Source: Octopus bimaculoides (Eukaryota). From it: a DNA stretch of 64,000 nt. Under the pieces are notes generated by a model that was given only the letters and a program-made list of their open reading frames with translations, did no database searches and was not told the origin of the DNA. Each line of letters starts with the position of its first letter. Position 1 is the stretch's first letter. The stretch covers positions 34,503,840 through 34,567,839 of the forward strand of contig NC_068986.1 in NCBI RefSeq assembly GCF_001194135.2. The letters are read 5' to 3'. The position numbers and the translations under genes are program-made. Of the stretch, positions 51,668 through 64,000 are shown piece after piece.

Positions 51668-51842
51668 TCATCATCGTCGTTTAACGTCTGCTTTCCATGC
51701 TAGCATGGGTTGGACGGTTTGACTGAGGACTGGTGAAACCAGATGGCTACACCAGGCTCCACTCTGATTTGGCAGAGTTTCTACAGCTGGATGCCCTTCC
51801 TAACGCCAACCACTCAGAGAGTGTAGTGGGTGCTTTTACGTG
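51668..51842 (-). mobile_element. Retroposon family C, young copy
   Basis: catcatcgtcgtttaacgtc..gatgcccttcctaacgccaaccactc; CpGs are retained. Confidence 0.8.
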
Positions 51843-52200
51843 TTTTCAAAATTAATTCAGAAACATAGATAAAATATATTTCTTCTAGAAACTCAATCTA
51901 GGACTGGGTGGTTATTGCAGACATATATTTCAACACTTCTATAAAAAAAAAAGATGAAAGAGAACTAGGACAACCTCAGTGAGGTACAGACATTAGTGCA
52001 AGAATGGAATTTGCTTAGGGGTTGCAGACCCAATTTTTTTAGGAGAATGTTCAAAACATTTTCATTGTGCCTCTCCTCCAATAATGGAGAGGGGGTTGGT
52101 TGTACTCCTCCACCCCTAGTTCCCAAGCCTATGGATATGGAAGTAAAACTACTGTAAAGACTTTCTTATAATTTGCTGACCTTAGAAATATATTTGTTTG

Positions 52201-52601
52201 TTACTCTTTTACTTGTTTCAGTCATTTGACTGCGGCCATGCTGGAGCACCGCACCTTTAGTCGAGAAATTCGACCCCTGGACTTATTCTTTGTAAGCCTA
52301 GTACTTATTCTATTGGTCTCTTTTTCCCAAACCGCTAAGTTACGGGGACGTAAACACACCAGCATCGGTTGTCAAGCGATGGTGGGGGTCAAACACAGAC
52401 AAACAAGCATATACACACATACATATATATATATACGTATATATGACGGGCTTCTTTCAGTTTCTGTCTACCAAATCCACTCACAAGGCTTTGGTTGGCC
52501 CGAGGCTATAGTAGAAGACACTTGCCCAAGGTGCCGCGCAGTGGGACTGAACCAGGAACCATGTGGTGGGTAAGAAAGCTACTTACCACACAGCCACTCC
52601 T
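52201..52601 (-). mobile_element. SINE family A, full-length
   Basis: Near-complete reverse complement of 26244-26607. Confidence 0.85.
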
Positions 52602-53267
52602 AATTTTCTTTCAATTAATTTTGATAAAAAACATGAATTTAGTTAATTAACTTCATTCTTATTAAGCTGGGCGTTTTGGAACATAAATTAACATGAAATT
52701 TTGATGGAAAGTTTCAATTTAGAATACTTTTGAATAAGGAATTTGAATCGGTGGAATCCAGAGCAGTTTCAGACAGGTTCATATCGAAGGAGTTAAACAG
52801 TAATTATTGTTACATGATAATTATCCACTTCTAAGTATAAGGGGGGGGGGTGTCTTTAAGTGTCTTTTGGTGGGGGTGTGGAGTGCCATTCTCTGTTACA
52901 TCAGCGAAAGTCTCGTTATGCGGAAAGGAACAAAACAATTGAGCGGAGAAGCTTTGTTTTGTTATGATATATCACTGAAAACCACCAGAAGTGCTGTTTC
53001 TTTTATGAAAATCAGGTTACTGCTGTTGCTGTTGTTTTGGTTGAGGATATTATTGTGAAGCAGTTGAGCCAATCTATCTTATCCACCTACTAAATTGCTT
53101 GCTGTCTATGCTCCCTTTCACAAATGGGTTGAAAATTCCTGATGATACACTATCATTTCAGGGTGGCAATTACTGTTATAGAGCCAGGCTACAAGTGGTA
53201 ATGTTGAAGAAGCCAGCAGTAAAAACTTGCTCCTGTGTCTGTAATTACTGGATTTCATTTATTGTTA

Positions 53268-53301
<34 letters not shown>

Positions 53302-54552
53302 TCACTCACATACACACAGTAATAATATGGTGGAACAGGAGCAGCTTCTTAAGTATCTCTCTCTCTTTTCCTCTTTCTCTGACAAACATACACACAGGAA
53401 TAGTGAAAACTAATAGCTATCCAACTACACACACACAGACACACTCATTCACTCACTCGTACACATGTACACACACACANNNNNNNNNNNNNNNNNNNNN
53501 NNNNNNNNNNNNNNNNNNNNNNNNNNNNNNNNNNNNNNNNNNNNNNNNNNNNNNNNNNNNNNNNNNNNNNNNNNNNNNNNNNNNNNNNNNNNNNNNNNNN
53601 NNNNNNNNNNNNNNNNNNNNNNNNNNNNNNNNNNNNNNNNNNNNNNNNNNNNNNNNNNNNNNNNNNNNNNNNNNNNNNNNNNNNNNNNNNNNNNNNNNNN
53701 NNNNNNNNNNNNNNNNNNNNNNNNNNNNNNNNNNNNNNNNNNNNNNNNNNNNNNNNNNNNNNNNNNNNNNNNNNNNNNNNNNNNNNNNNNNNNNNNNNNN
53801 NNNNNNNNNNNNNNNNNNNNNNNNNNNNNNNNNNNNNNNNNNNNNNNNNNNNNNNNNNNNNNNNNNNNNNNNNNNNNNNNNNNNNNNNNNNNNNNNNCTT
53901 AAATATTTATTTAAGCCGAATATAAACTTCGAAATAATTTTTTTATAAATTGATTTAAAAATCCCAATTGAATGAATAAATTCCATAAAACTGTTTGCAT
54001 TTTTCGACTGTAGGAAGAACAACAATTTAGCTGCAAAATACTGCTTCATTACAACATTCTGTTTTTTTTTTTTTTTTTTTTCCTGTGAACTGGAGTAGGG
54101 TACTATCAAGATCAAGTTGACATATTCATGTCCTTGTGTTCTATTTTGTTCAATCTTGTGCCAATATAACGTTTGCGTTTAAGAAATAAATCAAGAAGAA
54201 CAAAGAAAATTTGTTAGTCTAAAACAAGCCATCTTGAAATGGATTCAAGAAATTATATAGCAGTGTATGTGTGTGTGTGTGCGTGTTATTTTAATCGTTT
54301 CAGTCATTTGACTGCAGCCATACTTGGATATTACCTTCAAGGTTTTTGGCTGATCAGGCGGCACAGGTATGGCTATGTGGTTAAGAAGCTCACTTTGCAA
54401 CCATGTGGTTTTGAGTTCAGTCCCACTGCCCAGCACTTTGGGCAAGTATCTTCTTCTATTCTATTATAGCCCAGGGCAAACAAATGCCTTGTGAGTAAAT
54501 GTGTTAGACAGGAAACTGGAAGCCCATTGTGTGTGTATCTGTATTACATATG

Positions 54553-55010
54553 CAGGGCGCGGTGAATAGGTGAATAAACTGTCGTCTAAATTATGCGAAA
54601 ATGAAAAATGCACTGACATCTAATTTTAACAAATATATTTACCAAAATTACATAAAAATATCTTGAAATACTAAAGAATAAATTTATTCAATAGAATCGC
54701 CATTGGCTTTAACCATAGCTTTCAAGTGACTTCGGAGTTTCCTACAACTATTCTGGATGGTCTCCTTGTTTAAGTTGGTTAATTCTGCCATAATCCTACC
54801 TTCAGTTCATTTTTGGTGTTACAAGAAGTTTTGTGGGTCTCTTGCTCAACTGCACCCCACACAATAATCAAAGGGGTTGCAGTCTCTGGGGAGTTGGGTG
54901 GCCAGATGTTAGGGGTGCTGTGGTAGCAGAAATTGTCTCAGCCATGACTGGGTTCTCCTGTTTGTGTGGCATGAAGCAGAGTCCTGTTGCCAGTCATAGG
55001 GTCTCACTGC
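54553..55010 (-). mobile_element. Tc1/mariner DD37D (maT-type) 3' fragment with transposase C-terminus relic
   Basis: After restoring frameshifts, the minus strand reads RPYDWQQDSASCHTNRRTQSWL.DNFCYHSTPNIWPPNSPDCNPFDYCVWGAVEQETHKTSCNTKNELK..IMAELTNLNKETIQNSCRKLRSHLKAMVKANGDSIE*, with the stop at 54684-86. There are 37 residues between the second and third D. A terminal CAGGG.. repeat begins at 54553, and the other end is missing. Confidence 0.8.
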
Positions 55011-56314
55011 CCCCTAAGGACTAATTCTCCCTTTAATATGCCCAGTGTTCCCTTGTGGGTAGTATCACCCTTGTTGAAAACCTCTGATCTAAGGTATCAG
55101 TTTTGCCCTTAGATGTTATTCTCCTTTGGGCCTTCATAAACCCTTTTTTGATGGAGATGTGATGATCTTTCGCAGGGCCAGAGACAGCTTGTCACACTCC
55201 ACACATTGATTGGGTTTATTACTCATAACTGTTACCTACCAAGTTGAATTTGCTTCTTTGCAGGCTGTACTGATTTGACCTCTCCAGGGTGTGGACATGG
55301 GGTGGAAGAGATTTCAAACTTTCCAGACATTAAGACCACTCTCCCAGCTTTGTGGATATGATTTAGGGGATTTTTACTGTTCCTCATTTAGTTTGTGTTG
55401 ATGAAGAGCACACTGCAGCTAAATAGAACTTATATTTGCTATATTTTAGCTTCATTATTTCCTGCCATGTGCGATTATTAAGTTCAGAGGGTTTGTTGAT
55501 GAAATAAGATACGCAAATACACTGATTAGTGTGTGTGCAGACACGCGTGCTTGTGTAATTTAATTTTTCATAATATTACACTGACCTATATATCTCTTGT
55601 AAAATTTTTGCCTAGTGTCAGTCAACTTCAAAGAAAATCAACATTTCCATGGGGTATACATAGAGGGGGAGGAGGAAGGAGAGAAAGAGAGAGTAGGTAC
55701 ACGTGGGTGTGTGTATGTATTTAGGGAAAGGCTGTTAGTTTCTAAAGGGAGCTTGTTCAGTGCAGGGTATATATATAGGAAGTGATACATAGTGTAGTGA
55801 GTGACAAGAGACAGGTGTGATTGGCTGACAGGAAAACTGAGTGCAGAGTGAAGTTGAGAGGGCAAGATGTGATCTGTCCAAGACCTAGAAAAGGAAAAAA
55901 AGAAGGAAAAAGTGTCAGATGGTGGAAACACCACTCTGAACTCTGCTATTGATTGTTAAGTTAGTCCTTTTAGTCCAAGAGAAATGGACTAACACCTAAA
56001 ACATCACTTCTTTTTAATAGTGGAATTCTCCAAACACCTACTGGGGCTCTGTTCCTTCTCTTGCTTTGTCAATTTGTTGTGTCAGCCCCTTTTTTCTACT
56101 TTGACTGCTCTCTTCTTCTTTACCTTTCTCACTAATTTACTGTTCTTTAACAACTATCTACACGCAAGCAACATATACACCTTAGCCATTCTCTTTCACC
56201 TCCTACACACATTTTAGTGCCAGACTTGGTTTGGTTTGCTTCCTGTCTTTCTACTTTCATTAAGTTACTAGTCTATTTCTTCTTTTCTATCTTTTCTCTA
56301 GAAGTGATCTTATC

Positions 56315-56353
<39 letters not shown>

Positions 56354-56568
56354 AGAGACAAAGTGAAATAGGAACAAATGGAAGGAGAGAAAGAGAGAGT
56401 GGAGTGGGGGGAGGAGTGATATTTACATCTGTTAAAGCTACTGGGAATAAGGTAACGCCATTTTGCAAATGATTCAACATAAGTAAGGCGCTAAGCTTCA
56501 GTCAATGACACCTGAACCTAAATAATAGTTCTCTGGCTCAATGAGCCTCTTCTTTTTCATCACCACTG

Positions 56569-56601
<33 letters not shown>

Positions 56602-56850
56602 CCATCACCATCGTTGTTGTCATCAACATCACCGCGATCATAATCATTATTGTTCAGGAGTGTAATGCCTCTTAGACAATACTGTTTTCACTTCCACTGT
56701 TGTTTGTCATTAACACGCGTGCGTGCGCACATGCACACACACACACACACACACACCTGTTATGACAAATGACACCAAACAGAGAACTCTTCCTTATGCA
56801 AATGATACTGCTGCTGATGACTGATTGATAACTATCTCATCTTAGTGTTG

Positions 56851-56914
<64 letters not shown>

Positions 56915-57517
56915 NNNNNNNNNNCACACACACACACACACACAGAGAGTCAGCATTCCATTTCACACGCACGCATGCACATGTATGTATATGTGTGCGT
57001 AAATATGTGTGTTTATACTCACACATTTGTGTGATATATACATACCTATATATATATATTATACAGTTAAGTCTTTTTTTTTTTTTTTTGGTTGTAATTG
57101 GATGTATTTACCTGGATGCAACTGTCAGTTTAGCAGCTGCACTGGAGTGTTTGATATACTTTTGTCGCAGAACATACAAAGATCTATTACAGTTAATTCT
57201 CTTTTTTAGTGCAATCTTTCAGTGCTTGTAATACACACACACACACACACACACCAGTAAAAATTGAGAAGAATGTATACATTTAGCGTTAAGAGATGGT
57301 TGAGTTAGTGTGTGTATGTGTGTTTGTGTGTAGTATTATATATGTGGTCTGATCAATAAGTATCCGGACTGTTGCCATAGTAACGAAGCTTGCTTGGCAC
57401 AGATTGACCTTGAACTCTGCTGTGCCTGTGCACTAAGTTTTAATGTTGTAGCTCACTTTTGCTGTTTACAGCAGTGCTTTGAAGGAAGGTGTGTAGTGTG
57501 TGATCGCCACATTGACC

Positions 57518-57589
57518 ATGACAGAGACTGTTGAGCAGAGAATCTGTATCAAATTTTGCCAAAAGCTTGGCGATACCTGCTCAGAGGCC
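57518..57589 (+). pseudogene. Second copy of the mariner transposase start
   Basis: ATG at 57518 gives MTETVEQRICIKFCQKLGDTCSEA, the typical mariner N-terminus (EQRxxIKFC). Confidence 0.85.
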
Positions 57590-58010
57590 AAAGTTTTCAA
57601 AAGGTTTTCATCGTTCTCAACACAATCAAGGAGATTTTGTGCAACTGAAACCTGAATGTCTTTTTTGGTCAGCTGAAAGTAGCTTTGGTATAAACTTGGC
57701 AGACACGCATCTCATACCCGAATCTTCAGTGATAATGGACAGAACACAACCATAACTAATCTGCACATCCTCTGATAACACACAAATGGTGATTCGATGA
57801 TTTCTCCTCACAGTTGCACACACATCTGAGATGTTTTGCTGGTTGCAGGTCTCCCAGAACGTTCGTCAATATTGACATTTTTGTGACCACATTGGAAACA
57901 TCTGAACCCCTCATACACTTGGGTGCGGCTCGTACATTCCTCTTCATACACTTTCTGCCACTTTGCATAGGCCTCTGAGCAGGTATCGCCATGACAACAT
58001 TTTCTGTCAT
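57590..58010 (-). pseudogene. Mariner transposase N-terminal (HTH) fragment, frameshifted
   Basis: Translates to MTENV..GDTCSEAYAKWQKVYEEEC.SRTQVYEGFRCFQCGHKNVNIDERSGRPATS..VRRNHRITICVLSEDVQISYGCVLSIITEDSGMRCVSAKFIPKLLSADQK..VAQNLLDCVENDENLLKT. Contains the typical mariner DxxRSGRP motif and a WVPRxL-equivalent (FIPKLL). It stops just before the first catalytic D. Confidence 0.85.
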
Positions 58011-58188
58011 AGTTAATGCAATGATCACATGCTACGCACATTCCTTCCAAGTACTGCTGTAAACAGCAGAAGTGAGCCCGAACATTAAAACTTAGTTTCA
58101 GTCTGTGGTCAATCTGTACCAAGTGGCTTCACTCTGCGTGCTTTAGCTTCATTACTATGGCAACAGTCTGGATACTTATTGATCAGAC

Positions 58189-58221
<33 letters not shown>

Positions 58222-59173
58222 GTACATGAATATGAGGTAAAATAATTTTGAATAATGGAAAACTCAGTACAAAGATGTAGAGTCAAATATTTTTATTCAA
58301 AAGATAGATCTGCCATCGATTATACATTCCATCTGCTAGTTTCACCATCCATCGGTTCATCAGGTAATTAGCACACCTTATTGCTGTTCATGTTATCTTA
58401 ACATTCATTCCAACAAAGTGGTTTAATAATGTGTTTTGATGAAGTAATGGAAATGTGAAGGAGCTGACAGCCATAATGTGGCCAGTGGTTTATCCAGCCT
58501 TTGATTTAAAGATTTTCTCTCCTTTAAACACAAAATATACACATGCACACACACACACAGTGGTGAGTCTGTGTGACTCATTACTCAGATTTCTTGCTTC
58601 CAGTCTACCAATGACTGATAATGTGACATTTGAAGCTTTCTTATAAACACATCTTATAGTTGGATCTGCTCAGGTCATACTGAACATCATTTATCAAGGA
58701 TTAATGGTTTTATATATATATATATATATAAACAAATAGTAAATGAGTATATGCATATATACGTACAGGTATGTGCATACCGACATCCACCTGTATGTAT
58801 AGGTGCATATCTGGGCACAGGACATTGCAAACAAAACGTAGACGAGAAAACACACAAGCCACATAGAGAACATTCTCCTTCATCAGCTACCCCCGTTTTA
58901 ACATATATATATATATATATATATATGTACGTAACAGTTTATTCAAAAATAAAACCTGAATAAGTAAAAGCATTAAAAGTGCTGTGGAACAAATTCACCA
59001 TTGGAGGAGATTTTCTGTAAAAGAAAAATGTATCTAAGGATGAATGATAATTTTCGAAAAGTAACTAGTGAATCCTATGAATGTCTAAGTATGTGAAAGC
59101 CACTACCAGTGATAGAAATGTTTAAAAGGTTTGCCATAAATTGATTTTATTTTGGGGTGCATGTAGCCTGTGT

Positions 59174-59310
59174 GGAGGCATGTGGCTTAGTGGTTAGGGT
59201 GCTACACTCATGATAGTAAGATTGCGGTTTCGATTCCTGGACCAGGCGATGTGTTGTGTTCTTGACCAGATTTCATTTCATGCTGTTCTATTTAACTCAG
59301 CTAGCAAAAA
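59174..59310 (+). mobile_element. tRNA-derived SINE head plus gtgttcttga-type central domain
   Basis: A box tggcttagtgg and B box gtttcgattcc. There is no proper cloverleaf 3' end, and the sequence continues into a SINE-like body. A more degenerate head lies at about 10593-10670. Confidence 0.6.
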
Positions 59311-60314
59311 TAAGTAATATGGTGAAGTTGCAACAGGTCTAGCAAGCCTGTGGTAGATGGTGGACCTTCCTAAATAAACAAACAGAAGGGCAGCTTCTAA
59401 ACTGACACGCTATAGGCCTACCTGGTGTTAGATGTTACCTTTACATAGTCTATAATTGGTGATATCAATTAGACATAATTTCTGTTTTCTTACGTCTCTA
59501 GCTAAGTGGTTGTTGCTGTTTGTCATTATTAGTATGAATATGAGAGTTTATCATTTTTATTTATTTAAGCAATTGGTGCGTGGGTCATATGTATTAGGTC
59601 GATTTTCTAGGTCAGCTCTGTAGCTCTGTCTTCATTAAATGTACATGTTTTGTGTGTGTGTGTGGGTAGATGTGTGGTGCGACATACATTCACACACACA
59701 TGCATACACATAACTTCCATATGCATACAATGAATCACTGTGATACTTATTCATGAAACAGCCATGACTTGAAATACATTTCCCAACATCATGTTTGGAG
59801 TCCCCACCTCTTATTAGCTTTGGTGTTTGCCAATAACATCAATGTAGTTTGAGTGGTCTTCATCCTCTATTAAGGCACAGAAGTCTCAAAGCATAAACAT
59901 CTCATATAGTCTGTTGTTTGACCCTTTTTCATTCATATCATTCTGTCAAAAGTAAAAGCTTATTTATTTTGCATTGCTTGGAATTAATCATACCATTGCC
60001 ACTGGACTGGCTCCCATGAAGGTGGCACGTAAGAAACACCATTTTGAGCATGGCTGTTGCCAGTACCGTGTGACTGGCCCTCGTGCCGGTGGCAGGTAAA
60101 TGCACCCACTACTCTCTCGGAATGGTTGGCATTAGGAAAGGCATCCAGCTGTAGAAACATATATATTTATACATATATTCACACACGCACATTGAAATGT
60201 GTGTGTATTTCTGTATGTGTGTGTGTGTGTGTGTAGATATTCATATACCAATATGGTATGTGTAGACAATATAGTGCTAGTTTTAGACACGGTTAAGTTT
60301 GGAATCTGGAATAG

Positions 60315-60369
<55 letters not shown>

Positions 60370-60528
60370 NNNNNNNNNNNNNNNNNNNNNNNNNNNNNNN
60401 NNNNNNNNNNNNNNNNNNNNNNNNNNNNNNNNNNNNNNNNNNNNNNNNNNNNNNNNNNNNNNNNNNNNNNNNNNNNNNNNNNNNNNNNNNNNNNNNNNNN
60501 NNNNNNNNNNNNNNNNNNNNNNNNNNNN

Positions 60529-60585
<57 letters not shown>

Positions 60586-60614
60586 ACATACATACACACA
60601 TGCATACAAACCTT

Positions 60615-60815
60615 GACAGGTTGGCTTCACCTGCTAGAAGTAGTAGCCAAAGTTCCTCTGAACCCACAACTTACTGTCTTAAAAGATGACAACCTTTTTG
60701 ATTATGCAGTCCTGGATGTACTGTGTCGAAATATTACAGATGGCACAGTCATGGTTGGAAGACCATCAATCAAAGATCTGCTCGATTAGGACTCACCTGG
60801 GGCTAAACGATGAAA
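60615..60815 (+). mobile_element. Old SINE-like family D (ctgctagaa.tag.agccaa..gacctggggctaaa tail)
   Basis: Related degenerate copies at about 29080-29250 and 49100-49260 (+), and 21870-22010, 22262-22460, 33835-33990, 34125-34200 and 41000-41160 (-). Confidence 0.55.
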
Positions 60816-61047
60816 ATATGAAACAAGTAAGCACACATTCAATTTGAAAAGACTGCGAGAGATTTTCTTCTTTCATTTTGGCCTCACTGACAATAAACTG
60901 ACAATAATACCAATTTGTCATCACCTCATCAAGATATTTATTTATAGTGCAGGTATGGGTTTGTCTTTCAGTTAAGAAGCCCCTTTAAGATAAGATGGGG
61001 TTTAAGGTTTTCTGGCATTTTCTGTATATCATATCTCCCTCTCCCGG

Positions 61048-61079
<32 letters not shown>

Positions 61080-61140
61080 GTTTCTGTCTGTCTGTCTCTC
61101 TCTGCCTCTGTTTCTGTCTCTCTCTCTCTCTGTTTTGCAG

Positions 61141-61172
61141 ATGCAAAACAGCTGGTGATGTGCCCCATGTGA
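61141..61172 (+). CDS. Weak candidate terminal coding exon (phase 1, xAKQLVMCPM*)
   Basis: A TC/TG-rich pyrimidine tract of about 110 nt ends in ttttgcAG at 61140. The phase-1 frame closes at TGA 61170-61172, and AATAAA lies at 61313. The tract is a microsatellite, so this may be a chance acceptor. Confidence 0.2.
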
Positions 61173-62277
61173 CAAAGACACTCATCTCTTCCCCTCCTGC
61201 ACCTCCACCACCCATCTTGTCATCGTTTTTTCCCTTCTTTCAGTACTTTGTTATTGAGAGAGAGAGAGAGAGAGGGAGATGGGGGCAGGCAGAGACAGAG
61301 AACTGATGAAGGAATAAAAAGGATGAAAAAAGTGGTGGTTGTGAAGGGGGGAGAGCGTAGAGAGAAAGAATTAGTTTGAGGGGGTTGTGGATGAGGATGA
61401 ATGGTAGGGGTGGGTGTAGGGTAGCATTTTGAATTCAAGAACAAGATATAGTATGTAGTAAGCAAACTGGAGAGTACAGTCCGTGTTTTTTAATTCCCCT
61501 TTTGCTGCTGTTTATGTTGTTGTTGTTGGTGGTTGTGATGTCTGCTTTCTTTTTGTCTGACATGTGAATCAAATTTACATGCCCTGTTCTCTAGTTGTTT
61601 TTTTTCTGTCATTTGTATGTTTTTTTTTTGTGTGTGTGTGCGTGTGTGTATTTATATTGTGTTCTTGTGTATTCTTATACTCATATGAAATACACATATG
61701 TACACTCACTCACATACATGCATAAATGTATTTTCCATGCATACATGTATCTATATATGTTAGAACAAAGATATAGAATGCATGTACTTGTGCTTTGCTT
61801 ATCGGCGTATATAACAGCGTGTATGGTTGTGGTGGTGGTGGTGGTACTGGTGGTGATAATGGCGCGGTTGTGTGTACATACTAAGAGAAAAGATTGAGGT
61901 TGAAGCAGAGAAAGAAAAACAGGAGAGAGAATGAGAGAAAGTTAGATAGGGATACAGTATAAGCAGCATGTGCTTCATAAGTATTGCATATGATGAATAT
62001 ATAGGCACAATTACAGAGAGAGAGAGAGAGAGAGAAAGCGAGGAGGAGAGTATGGAAGGAGTATGAAAAGAGATAGAGGAAGGAGAAGCAGTGAGTCTGA
62101 GGTGTTGTGTTGATGTAAGATTGTAAATTTAACTAGAGTCAGTGACACAAGCATTTAGCAAAGTTCACATTGTTTAATGCAATCGGAAAACAATAACTAA
62201 ACTGTTACAAGTGCCTGCTAATGAGACTAAAGCAACTTAGAGCTTGCTAACTACTACTGAGTATGTTGGCCTTTACA

Positions 62278-62318
<41 letters not shown>

Positions 62319-62495
62319 CTATCTCATTCTTTCTCTCTCTGTCTGAAAGTGTAAGTATGTGTATATATGTGTGTGCCTGTGTCTCTATAATATATATGCA
62401 TATATGTGTGTATGGAGTTTGAGTGTGCATGTATGTATATATATAATTGTATGTATGTTATGTGTGTGTGTACATATACATATAATTAGATGCGT

Positions 62496-62527
<32 letters not shown>

Positions 62528-62793
62528 TATTGAGGGATAAAACTCAAAGCAACAATATTTCATAAGTGCCATGCACTAAAGTCTTGGTCTCTGGGTCCGT
62601 TATGTTACTTTACAGCTAAATAATAAAACAATATATTCTGTCTACTTTTCCTGTTTCCACCACCATACGCATGCATTGTGTGTGTGTATGTGAGATTGGA
62701 CTCCTTCTTTTGACTTTGGCCCCAATATTGTTCTCTTTTACATAGATGATACAAGCATTCGTACTCCCTTAACCCCCCCCCCCTCCGCCTTTA

Positions 62794-62830
<37 letters not shown>

Positions 62831-64000
62831 ATGATTCATATATAATCTAGATACCACACACAAAACCTGCACTGATTCTTTGAACAAAGATCTTGAAGGG
62901 ATCCTCCAGTGGGTTTATGCCAATATTGTCTCTTTCAACAGTAACCACAAACACTACCCATATAAAAAAAAAAAAGAAAAAAAAAGAAAGAAAAACACAT
63001 ACACACACACACACACACACCACACCACACTCCTTAAACATGCACAGTGCTCAGTTAGAACCCTCAGGATTACATCTCAACAAGGGCACTTCTCTTCAGT
63101 GCTCAGTCCTGAATGCATCTGATCATTCGGATGCTTAATTCTGAGTGGTAAGCAAGGCAGTTGTAACTTGCAGATAAAACTGTTACTGCAGTGTGTGTAA
63201 GGCTTATACTTATATATGATGTAATCAGCATTAGTTGGCTACTAACTGCTATTGAATTTGTAGCAGCTATAACATGAGGGATGGAAATTGTTCTTGGTTA
63301 GAAATTCAGTTGAAATTTATGGAATATCTTCATCAGCTAATGGCTTAGAAAAAAGACTGTTACAAACCCTGGGGAAAATAAGGAGAGGCTTATTCTGATT
63401 GTACTGGGCAAAGCATTTCCTTAATCTGAGTGTCTCCTGATAAAACAGGACAGAGATTTTTGGTTTTTCCCTTTTACTAAACTGAAAGATGTACAGAACT
63501 GTCCTTCAAAGTTCCTGTGTAGTTCTTCAGAATACAATTAGGTGGAGTGAGAGTAAGGGTCGTGCATGTATTTATATATGCATGTATATATCTATGTGTG
63601 TGTTTATATCTATTTGCATGTGTATGCATGCATCATGAATGTTCTCATCCATTGGGTAGTCTGCATTTGCACTTTTCTCTGTGAGTTCACTCGTTAAGAC
63701 ACTACTTTGTCTCTTGAGAGAGTGTAAAGACCAGCCTACGTAAGTGGTGTTGAAAGTGCAGTTTTAAGAAAGAACATCTTTTGCCATATTGTAGCAGAAA
63801 GCACTTTTAATAATTTTCAATGTATGTAAACACTTTAATAAAACTTAGTGTGTTATATACTACATGTATATATTTATATCAGGAAAGTGCATAATGCCTG
63901 AACTTAAACTTAAGGTCCTAGTCAGTGAAGTACAGTAGGTATCCTATTGAGTTGTGGTGTGGATTCTAAAAATAAAAGGCCAGTAACACACACACACACA

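Larger units (their letters stand above)
57343..58192. mobile_element. Mariner-family non-autonomous element made of two inverted left ends
   Basis: TA dinucleotides flank both sides (57341-42, 58193-94). The 48-bp terminal inverted repeats match at 46/48 (tgtggtctgatcaataagtatccggactgttgccatagtaacgaagct). Both arms continue into the transposase start. Confidence 0.9.

Noticed and set aside
53162-53197. 36-nt AG..GTAATG exon candidate (GGNYCYRARLQV or VAITVIEPGYK)
   Set aside because: The pyrimidine tract is short and there is no recognisable homology. Such matches are expected by chance in 64 kb.
54558-54567. 10-nt match to miR-124 (cgcggtgaat)
   Set aside because: It is within the transposon terminal repeat, lacks the seed, and has no precursor fold.
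55030-55390. GC-richer segment next to the maT relic (possible LINE fragment or exon after the AG at about 55263)
   Set aside because: No recognisable RT or endonuclease motif and no convincing donor, so it is left unassigned.
18874-56463. Three CGCCATnTT (YY1-like) motifs at about 18875, 42555 and 56456
   Set aside because: Short motifs with no independent support for promoter function.
59174-59245. tRNA-like sequence
   Set aside because: A and B boxes are present, but the acceptor and anticodon stems are broken and it runs into a SINE body.
60600-60789. Protein-like ORF tail KVPLNPQLTVLKDDNLFDY..
   Set aside because: It lies in a family D repeat with several degenerate copies in the window, and it has no splice signals.

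Overview
AT-rich animal genomic DNA, most likely a cephalopod (Octopus-like). This is inferred from the tRNA-derived SINE families and the extreme microsatellite load, not from any database match. The assembly is a short-read draft with 15 N-gaps (about 4.9 kb), many of them next to simple repeats. No intact protein-coding ORF is present, and nearly all supplied ORFs are microsatellite or N-gap artefacts. The window looks like the inside of one or more very large introns. It has one well-formed 72-nt candidate internal exon (2491-2562, + strand) and two weaker exon candidates. It contains more than 40 copies or fragments of at least five SINE-like families and TTAA-flanked piggyBac-type MITEs. 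It also contains a non-autonomous hAT element with an 8-bp TSD, a DD37D (maT) transposase relic, and a mariner derivative built from two left ends. The most unusual structures are long inverted repeats: the two-left-end mariner, a 313-bp palindrome at 6328-6640, a foldback at 3920-4201, and closely spaced inverted SINE pairs. All could form dsRNA in pre-mRNA. I found no convincing novel multi-gene system. Repeat boundaries are approximate unless TSDs or TIRs are quoted.
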